Shown in pieces: positions 10,381 to 19,570 of a stretch of 32,000 nt of DNA (positions are counted from its first letter, which is position 1; each line of letters starts with the position of its first letter). The translations under genes were made by a program, and so were the position numbers. Source of the stretch: Candidatus Saccharimonadota bacterium. Its GTDB lineage: Bacteria > Patescibacteriota > Gracilibacteria > BD1-5 > UBA6164. The stretch covers positions 180,001 through 212,000 of the forward strand of contig CP042461.1 of the NCBI GenBank assembly GCA_004563595.2. Direction: 5' to 3'. Under the pieces are notes generated by a model. It was not told where the DNA came from and did no database searches. It worked only from the letters and a program-made list of their open reading frames with translations.

Positions 10381-12552
10381 ATGAAAAAAATAATAAAAAA
10401 TAGTTTTTGATTCACGCTTGTAGAATTAATAGTAGTAATTACAATAATTGCGATTTTATGAACAATAGCATTTATATCACTACAGTGATATAGTAAAAAC
10501 GCAAGAGATTCTGTGAGAATCGCAGATGTACAATCTTTGGTAAAAAGTTTAAGTCTATTTGAGATAAAAACTTGAATTTTTCCTGAACCATCAAACTGAA
10601 CTTCTGTAAGTTTTTCGTGATGAGAAATATGGACACAATGAACTATTTGAGATAGTGTAATAGTCAATATTGGTCAATTAAGTAAAAAAGTGCTTGATCC
10701 ATCAACGGAATCTGAATATACATACTCAAGGTTGAACACAAAGAAGGAATACCAAATTGCAGCAGTGATTGAAGGTGATCTATGAATAAACTCATCACCT
10801 CATTTTTCTTCAGTAACTCATGCTGCATGAACAAATCCTTGAATTGCTTATGTGAAATGAAACTATAATTGAATGTTAGCAAAAGTTCAAACATGAGCAG
10901 TAACATATGTGTTAGCTGTTCCAACTATTATATCATGAGATATATCAGTTACTGATATTATTAATTTACAGCAATCAAATAAGCTTGTTTATAATGGAAA
11001 AAATAACCTTCCAGCAAGTTATGAGTCTTCTAAGTTTAAAGTCGATGGGGGATGATTTGTTTTTAATCCTTCAGATATAGTAGTCTATATTTGATCTACA
11101 AGTACTCTAACAGCAGTTGATAATCAACTCAGTTTAATGAGTAATACTCAAAATGTATATAGCGGAACTGACGTGTCAGGCTTAGATAGTCAGATTGATA
11201 AACTCGTTGATATAAGTGTTGATCTGAATAGTCCTACAGATGAAGCAAAAGAGTTTGCGGGTTATATAGTTAAAAATAGTGTAAACCCTGGGGTTGAAAT
11301 AAATATTAGTACTTCTTCTCAAGAATCTGTTATATGTTGAGGATGAGACTATAATAGTGCATATAATGTAAATTTATGATACTTTAATGGAAGAACTATT
11401 CCAAATAGAGCAGCGTTTGTCGCATTAAAACCAGATGGTTCTATTGTTGCTTGGTGAGATGATTCGTATGGATGATCATGAGCACTTGCACCAAGTGGTA
11501 GTGGTTATGAAAAAATATATTCATCTGAAAAAGCATTTGCAGCCTTGAAATCAGATGGAACAATTTCTGTATGGTGAGATGCTGATAATGGTTGAACCGG
11601 AGGTCCGATTGATAACTGATATGTAGATATCTCTTCAACATTAAATGCCTTTGCCGCGTTAAAAGATGATGGAACAATTTCTGTATGGTGACCGTCTTGA
11701 ACGAGTGCTTGAGATCAAGCAAATGCTCCAAGTACATGAGATTATACGAAAATATATGCAGGTAAATATACGTTTTCAGCCTTAAAAGATGATGGGACTG
11801 TATACGCATGGTGAAGTTACGTTACAAATTGACCAGTAGCCGGAGTTTGATATACTTCCATTTCTGCTAGTCAATCAGCCTTTGCAGGATTACATGAAGA
11901 TGGGAGTATATCAACGTGGTGAGAAGGAGGCTATGGTTGAATTTGATGACCTATAGATAATTGATATATATCAATAGCTTCAACACAGAGAGCATTTGCT
12001 GCTTTAAAATCTGATGGGAGCTTATCAGCTTGGTGAGCTGATTCATATGGATGAACAGGAACTTTGGTTGGTCCATTTACTTCTGTTTCTGCAACAGAAA
12101 ATGCATTTGCTGCATTGAAAACAGATGGAAGTATTGAAACATGGTGAGGAAGTGGGAACTGATGAACTGGAGGACCGGTATGAACATGATATACAAAAAT
12201 ATATGCAAATAATTATGGTTTTGCTGCCTTAAAAAATGATGGAACTATATATGCATGGTGAAGTAGTAGTTATGGATGAATATGAGATGTAGCATGAACA
12301 TGATATGTTAAAATATTTGGGAATAATTATGGTTTTGTTGCATTAAGGTCTGATGGAACTGTATATGGATGGGGAAGTGGAGGAAGCGGATATCCTGTAG
12401 ACAGCTGATACATAAATATCATGGCTACAGCAAATGCTTTTGCTGCAATAAAGGATGATGGAAGTATGAGCTTATGGGGATCTCAATATTATTGAGCAAC
12501 AGGAGGGCCCAATGATTCATGATATACCTCACTTAACTGAACGTGCAAGTAA
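10381..12552 (+). CDS. type IV pilin-like protein (A-type N-module) with C-terminal 10-repeat RCC1-like beta-propeller, 723 aa
   Basis: N-terminus MKKIIKNSFG|FTLVELIVVITIIAILGTIAFISLQGYSKNARDS is a prepilin cleavage/methylation motif. The C-terminus has 10 repeats of AFAALKxDGSIxxWG. Track ORF 11137..11340(+) is in frame. Length is a multiple of 3 from ATG to TAA. Confidence 0.88.
11410..12549 (+). repeat. 10 tandem coding repeats of about 38 aa (consensus GY..I.S...AFAALK.DGSI..WG....GG.G)
   Basis: The periodic gcatttgc(t/a)gc..taaaa..gatgg....tggtga is visible directly in the nucleotides. The WG dipeptide is mostly TGG-TGA. Confidence 0.85.
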
Positions 12553-12582
12553 TATTTTATTTTATAGAAACTTGTTTCCTCA

Positions 12583-14145
12583 ATGAAAAAAATAATAAAA
12601 AATAGACTTTGATTTACATTAGTAGAACTTATTGTTGTTATTACCATTTTAGCAATTCTTGGTACTATTGCATTTATAAGTTTGCAATGATATAGTAAGG
12701 ATGCAAGAGATAGTAAAAGAATAAGCGACATAGCTAATATTGAAATATCTTTAGAGTTATTTTCGCTTGCAACATGAAAATATCCACTTCCGGATAATCC
12801 ACAAACTGTTATATATAGTTGATCTATAGTATTATGGAATCAATGAACTGTTTGATGAAATGTAGCAACAAACTTGTCAAAAAATTTGTCAGAAATACCA
12901 TTAGATCCATTATATGGAACTGAGTATGTATATTCAACACTTGAAAATAGAAAAGAATATGAATTAATGAGTGTATATGAGTGAGGTAATATAGGAGGAA
13001 ACTGATTATTAGATAACACGTATGCAGCTACGAGTCCAACAGTAAAAATAGTTGGTACTTATAATGGGCTTTTTATTCATACTTCAAATTATATAATACC
13101 ATCTCCAAGTATTATAACATCAGAAACACTCCCACTTGCGTTTGATGCACAGTCAATACAGTCACAAGTGGTAACAGGATGAACGAATGTACCAAATATA
13201 TGAACAAGCAAAGTACAAGTATCAACAGGGGCATTATCAAATATTACACTGTCAGCTTATATATGAAGTGCAGATGCAAACTCATATAAATATGAATTAT
13301 TATCTCTATATAAAACAATACAATGAGCGTATACAGGTTCAAGTTTAATAGGAAATTGAATATATAAAGCGTTGTTTGATCAAACAAGCAATGATGAAAA
13401 GGTAGTTTTTATAGATTCAGTGTTAAATATTACCAGAAGCTCACCAATAAATATAATTACATGGTCAGAGTTAGACTTAAATTGTGATGCAGATGATATC
13501 CCTATTTGAGATCAAGTATGGGCATGATGTAATTCTACATTATGACTCTGATTAGAATGGGGGCAACTCGACTGAGATTTATGAACAAATAATTATAATT
13601 GAGGATGAAGTTTTTGTTTTAATTATGAATGAGGTGCAGCGACATGTATTAAATGAGATATAACAATGGCATCAAATACAAAAGCAAATACTTGGTATAC
13701 TGGAACAAATTCAAACTGAGATACTGAGTTTGCGAGTATATGGTGAAAATCTTATACATGGGAAAATTCAGGTAGCGCATGTGCTCCGGGCTTTCATGTC
13801 CCAACAGATGCTGAACTAGAAATTCTTGAAACAACACTAAAATGAGGAGTTAATTGTAGAAATTCAACAAATTGAGAATTGTGTGCTTGATTAGGGTGGG
13901 CATGACATAACGCTCAATCTACAACTAATAACATGGCTCAAGCCCTTAAAATTCCTTTATCAGTTAATCGTCTTACGAACTTAATTGATTCTTACAATAG
14001 AGGAAATTATGCACATCTATGGTCCTCAACTGAAGGCTCTAGTGGTACTGCGTATGGGAGATCGCTAAAATGGGATACTACGACAATTAACCGTCTCAAT
14101 TGGAGTACAGATTATGCTTTTAATGTCCGTTGTATACATGATTAA
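12583..14145 (+). CDS. type IV pilin-like protein (B-type N-module) with C-terminal FISUMP (Fibrobacter succinogenes major paralogous) domain, 520 aa
   Basis: N-terminus MKKIIKNRLG|FTLVELIVVITILAILGTIAFISLQGYSKDARDS. The C-terminus reads IGDQVWAGCNS..YTWENSGSACAPGFHVPTDAELEILE..HLWSSTE..AFNVRCIHD*, the TIGR02145-type pattern. I checked every codon and found no in-frame TAA/TAG. It lies 30 nt after gene 1, so it is probably co-transcribed. Confidence 0.85.
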
Positions 14146-14238
14146 AATACAAGATATATCTTCTCTTTTCAGTATATTTCATTTACTTAGTATGTAAAAA
14201 ATAATATTATTTAGTTTATTATAATTCCCTCTCATCTT
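14145..14238 (+). promoter_or_regulatory. conserved upstream element of pilin gene 3
   Basis: Near-identical to 16531-16636: aaatacaagatatatc...ttttcagtatat..catttac.tagtatgtaaaaaa.aatattatttagtttattataa. Confidence 0.4.
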
Positions 14239-16440
14239 ATGAAAAAATTAAAGAAAAACAGATTTTGATTCACCCTTGTAGAATTAATAGTAGTGATTAC
14301 TATCCTTGCTATCTTGTGAACTATCGCATTTATATCACTTCAATGATATAGTAAAAGTGCAAGAGATTCTGTAAGAATATCAGACGTTGAAAATATAGTA
14401 ACAAGTTTGACTCTTTATGAAGTACAAAAATGAGCGTTCCCTGTTCCATCAGATAATGTTGAAGTAACTTATTTGGGATGAGAAGTATGGACTCAATGAA
14501 CTATTGGAGACAGTGTACTTACGAACCTTGCTCAAATAAGTAATAAAATAGTAGATCCTTCAAGTGGATCAGAATATACTTATTCTAGATTGAATACAAA
14601 AAAAGAATACCAGGTAGCTGCGGTATTTGAGTGATGACTTGCTTTTGAAAGTGATAATAACATTCTTTCTTCAGCTCACGCAGCGTGAAATGTAGCATGA
14701 ACAGCGTACGTAAAATGAAACTATAATGGGATGTTAGCAAAAGTAAGTACATGATGAACATTGTATACTCTTGCTGTTCCGACTTTAATATCATGAGATA
14801 TAACAGTGACAAGTCTTACTGCATTACAAGCTGCAAATAAACTTGTGTACAAAGGTACTGCTAATTTGCCGGCAAGTTACGAATCTTCTAATTTTAGAGT
14901 TGAGGGAGGAGGTTTTGTATTTAATCCATCAGATATAGTAGTGTATACATGATCAATGAATACTCTATCAGATATTACAAACAGAGTTCAGTTAGTTGAG
15001 AGCTTACAAAATGTGTATGACGGTACAGATTTAGCAACCTTAAATCCAGATATTCAGACACTTGTGGACACAATAATTAATCCAGGATATGCTTCAGCAG
15101 AAGCAGAATTATTATCGAGTAATATAATTAAAAATAGTATTAATCCTAGTATAAATGTAAGCATAGCATCTGAAGCAACTTTTAGATGTGATGGAGGTGA
15201 TTATAATACAGCATATAATAATTATTGATGATATTATAGTGCATATACTATGCCTAATACAGGAGCTTTTGCAGCACTTAAAAGTGATGGTACTATATTT
15301 GCATGGTGAGATTCAAGTAAATGATGAACATGAGCACCGGTTGACGATTGATATAAAAAAATAGCATCTTCAGCTGAGTCTTTTGCAGCCTTAAAAGATG
15401 ATGGAAGCATTACTGTATGGTGAAATGGAGGTGCTGGATCATGAGCTTTGGCTCCTAGTGAGAGTTGATTCATCAAAATATCTTCAACATCAAACTCTTT
15501 TGCCGCATTAAAGGAAGATGGGACAATTTTTGTATGGTGATTACCATGAGCAAGTGCTGGAGATCAAGCAGAGGCTCCAACCGGTAGTGATTACAAGAAT
15601 ATATATGCGGCAAATTATACTTTTTCAGCTTTAAATAACGATGGAACAGTATATTCATGGTGAAGTTATGTTACTAATGGTCCTGTAGCTGGAGTATGAT
15701 ATACTTCTATATCTTCTAGCTCATCAGCATTTGCTTGATTAAAAAGTGATGGGACTATATTTGCATGGTGAGATGGAGGATATTGATGAATTTGAAATGT
15801 TACATGAACATGATATGTTTCAATTTCTTCAACTACGAGAGCATTTGCAGCCTTAAAAGATGATGGATCAATTTTTACATGGTGAGATGGAAGCTATTGA
15901 TGAACATGAAGTACTTCATGAGCTATATCAGGGACATGATATACTAAAATATTCTCTACACAGTGAGCATTTGCAGCTCTAAAGGATGATGGAAGTATTA
16001 CTGCGTGGTGAACAAGTGGATGGTGATGAGATAATACAGAAGTTCCAAGTTGAACATGATATATAAATATTTATTCGAATTCAAGCGCATTTGCAGCATT
16101 ACATGGTGATAATGAAACTATCTATGGTTGGGGCTTTGCTAGTACAGGGGGAGTATGAGCTGTCGCGGGGAGTTGATATACTAATGTTTATGCTGCTCAT
16201 TATTGATTTGCGGCATTAAAACCTGATGGAACCATAAAAGTATGGTGAAATATGGATTCAAATAAACCATCAGAATCAGAAACATGATTTACAAAAATAA
16301 TGTCAACAGAGAAAGCATTTGTGGCAATGAAGTCTGATGGAAGTATTTATGCTTGGTGAAATAGTGCAGATGGAGGTGATAATAATGATGCACCAAATGA
16401 TATATGATATGTGTCTATTAATTGAGTTTGTAACCAATAG
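14239..16440 (+). CDS. type IV pilin-like protein (A-type N-module) with C-terminal 10-repeat beta-propeller, 733 aa
   Basis: N-terminus MKKLKKNRFG|FTLVELIVVITILAILGTIAFISLQGYSKSARDS, followed by 10 AFAALKxDGSIxxWG repeats. Track ORF 14956..15228(+) is in frame. Confidence 0.88.
15265..16437 (+). repeat. 10 tandem coding repeats of about 38-42 aa (propeller blades) in pilin gene 3
   Basis: Same consensus as 11410-12549. Confidence 0.85.
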
Positions 16441-16456
16441 ATCTATTAAATAATAT

Positions 16457-16491
16457 AAAAAGCTTATAAATTACATATTTATAAGCTTTTT
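16457..16491 (+). terminator. rho-independent terminator after pilin gene 3
   Basis: aaaaagcttataaat / tacat / atttataagcttttt forms a 15 bp stem including A/T extensions, followed by T-rich sequence. Confidence 0.6.
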
Positions 16492-16530
16492 ATTCGCTTC
16501 AGAAAAGGTCTTTATACTATACTTTTTTAA

Positions 16531-16636
16531 AAATACAAGATATATCTTTTTGCTTTTATTGTCTATTTTCAGTATATTCCATTTACCTAGTATGTAAAAA
16601 ACAATATTATTTAGTTTATTATAACCTCTTCCTGTT
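16531..16636 (+). promoter_or_regulatory. conserved upstream element of pilin gene 4
   Basis: Copy of 14145-14238 with a short insertion. It follows the terminator, so gene 4 is probably its own transcription unit. Confidence 0.4.
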
Positions 16637-18811
16637 ATGAAAAAGTTAATGAAAAGAAGTTTTTGATTCACACTTGTAGAATTAATAGTAGTGATTACTA
16701 TTCTTGCTATCTTGTGAACTATAGCATTTATATCACTACAATGATATAGTAAAAATGCAAGAGATTCTGCCAGAATATCGGATATAGAAAATATCGTAAC
16801 TAGTTTCACTCTTTATGAAGTACAGAGATGATCTTTTCCCGTTCCATCAGATGGAGTAGAAATAACTTATTTAGGATGATCAGTATGGACTCAATGAACT
16901 ATTTGAGAAAGTGTTATTACCAATCTTTCTCAAATGAGTAAAAAACCAATAGATCCATTCAGTTCTTCTGAATATACCTATTCAAGACTCAATAGTAAAA
17001 AAGAATATCAAATTGCAGCAGTGTTAGAGTGATGACTTGCTTTTGAGAGTAATAATACTTTTTCTTCAGCACACGCTGCATGAAACTTAGCATGAACAGC
17101 ATATGTAAAATGAAACTATAACGGGATGTTAGCAAAGGTAAATACATGATGAATATTGTATACACTTGCTGTTCCAACTTTAATATCATGAGATATAACA
17201 GTGACAAGTCTTACTGCACTACAAGCTGCAAATAAACTTGTATATAAAGGTGCTGCTAACTTACCAGCAAGTTATGAATCATCAAACTTCAAAGTTGATG
17301 GAGGAGGGTTTGTGTTTAATCCATCAGATATTGTAGTATATACATGATCAATGGGTACATTATCTGATATTACAAATAGAGTTCAATTAGTTGAGGCTTT
17401 AAAAAATGTTTATATAGATACTGACGCCTCGGATTTAAGTCCAGATATTCAAACGCTTACTAGTACAGCTATTAATTCAGAATATGCTACGTCTGAGGCT
17501 GAATTATTAGCAAGTAATATAATTAAAAATAGTATCAACCCTAGTATTGATGTAACTATCGTATCAGAAACAAAATTTTTATGTAACGGAGCTGACCATA
17601 GTACAGCTTATAATGCAAATGGATGATTTTTTAACGTTTCAAATTTCCCGAACACGCAAGCATTTGCTGCTCTAAAGAACGATGGAAGTATCTCTGTTTG
17701 GTGAGATGATTCTTATGGTTGATCATGAGCACTTGCACCAAGTGATAACTGATATATAAAAGTAACTTCGAATGAGACAGCATTTGCTGCTTTAAAGGGA
17801 GATGGGACAATTACTGTATGGTGAAATGCAACGAATGGGTGATCTGGAGGTCCAAGTGGGGGCTGATTTGTAGATGTGTTTTCTTCAAGTGCAGCTTTTG
17901 CAGCTTTAAAAGATGATTGATCGATACAAGTATGGTGAGATGCTGGGCCATGAGTTCAAGAAGTAGCTTTGAGTGATACTGAATATACAAAAATATATTC
18001 ATCTAATTATTCATTTGCTGCTTTAAAAGAAGATGGGACTATATATGCATGGTGAAGTTATCCTGGAATTTGAGATGTTCCTGGGGTATCATATCTATCT
18101 GTTTCTGCAACTACCTCAGCTTTTGCTGGATTAAAATCGGATGGAAGTATTTATTCGTGGGGACTTTCTGGTCACTGATGATCATGAGCACCAGCAGCTA
18201 CTTGATATACATCAATTTCAGCGACTGAAAGAGCTTTTGCAGCATTAAATAGTGATGGAAGTATTTTTGTTTGGTGAGATGATAGTTATTGATGAACATG
18301 AGCTATAGACCCAAGTTGATATACAAATGTATATGCTAATTTTAGAGCTTTTGCGGCAACAAAAACGGATGGAAGTATTACCGTATGGTGAAGTAGTAGT
18401 AATTGATGAAGTTTAGGGTTCTCGGGTACGTGAACAATTAAAATTGCATCAAATCGTTATGCATTTGCTGCTCTAAACAGTAATGGAACTATATATTCTT
18501 GGTGAGCTTGAGGTAATGGATGAATTTGAAGTGTAACGGGAACATGATATGTAGATATATATTCTAGTGATAATGGATTTGCGGCTATGAAATCTGATGG
18601 GAGCATATATAGTTGGTGATGATCATCTTCATCTTGATACCCAGTTGATAGTTGATATACAAAGATATTTTCTACTGCATGAGCTTTTGCTGCAATGAAG
18701 TCAGATGGAAGTATAACAGCTTGGTGATCAAGTTGGTATTGAGGAACATGAGCTGAATGAATTCCCATAGATGATTGATACGTCTCAATTAATTGAGTAT
18801 GTCTTAATTAG
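16637..18811 (+). CDS. type IV pilin-like protein (A-type N-module) with C-terminal 10-repeat beta-propeller, 724 aa
   Basis: N-terminus MKKLMKRSFG|FTLVELIVVITILAILGTIAFISLQGYSKNARDS, followed by 10 repeats. Track ORF 17351..17626(+) is in frame. Confidence 0.88.
17660..18808 (+). repeat. 10 tandem coding repeats (propeller blades) in pilin gene 4
   Basis: Same consensus as 11410-12549. Confidence 0.85.
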
Positions 18812-18825
18812 AATTTATACAAATA

Positions 18826-18861
18826 TAAAAAACTCTTTCGCTTTAAAGCGAAAGAGTTTTT
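18826..18861. terminator. bidirectional terminator between pilin gene 4 and ssb
   Basis: aaaaa-actctttcgc-tttaa-gcgaaagagt-tttttt: a 10 bp perfect stem flanked by an A-run and a T-run. Confidence 0.75.
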
Positions 18862-18884
18862 TATATAGTAATAATACTTTTTGA

Positions 18885-19331
18885 CTAAAATGGAATATCT
18901 TCTACTGAGATTTCTTCTTCTTTTTTTGGAGAAGATTTTTTAACAGCGGGAGTATCATTTCATGTGGATGATGAATTTGATCCAAAAGATTGAGTATCAT
19001 CTCATTTTGAATCTAACATAATCATATTTTCTCATACGATCTCTGTTCTATATCTTTTTGTTCCATCTTGAGCTTCCCAACTTCTTGTTTGAAGTCTTCA
19101 TTCCATGAAAATTTTACTTCATTTTTTGAGGTATTGCCCAGCAATTTCAGCAAGTTTTGCCCATAGTACTATATTGTGAAATTCAACTTGTTCTTGCCTC
19201 ATACCACTTGAGTCTGTCCAGTTTCTATTTGTTGCTACCGAGAAACTCAGAACATTTTGTCCGTTAGGTGTTTGTTTTAATTCTAGGTCTTGAGTGATTC
19301 TCCCAATTACTTGCGCTTTATTTAAGTCCAT
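18885..19331 (-). CDS. ssb: single-stranded DNA-binding protein, 148 aa
   Basis: Track ORF 19119..19331(-) MDLNKAQVIGRITQDLELKQTPNGQNV..FSVATNR.W continues through TGA codons. It ends in an acidic tail with the canonical EDIPF* C-terminus. Confidence 0.92.
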
Positions 19332-19570
19332 ACAAAAAAATTAATGTTAAAAGTAGTGTGGGTACACAAAGATATTGTACATGTTATTTTTATTATGCAA
19401 GTTTTTATATAAAAAAAGTATATATTTAGTATATATTATCTTATGCATTGAATACCATATTAGAATTAATAGTCAAGTAAAACTTCTCTATTTGAGTCTA
19501 TATATTTTTGCACCGAGAATATATATATGATATTATAGAAGGGAAAACAACTATTTTGTAAATAATTATT

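Noticed and set aside
10311-18768. Numerous 60-120 aa minus-strand ORFs in the supplied track, including 10311..10667, 11441..11809, 12489..12731, 15234..15476, 16471..16809 and 18457..18768.
   Set aside because: They are antisense artefacts of standard-code ORF calling inside plus-strand pilin genes. Their sequences are His/Leu/Ile-rich with no motifs, and the plus strand gives continuous motif-rich proteins once TGA is read as Gly.
11410-18808. Regularly spaced nucleotide repeats with a period of about 114-126 nt that could look like a CRISPR or satellite array.
   Set aside because: They are in frame, degenerate at third codon positions and conserved at the protein level. They are coding propeller repeats. 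There are no invariant direct repeats with unique spacers, and no cas genes.
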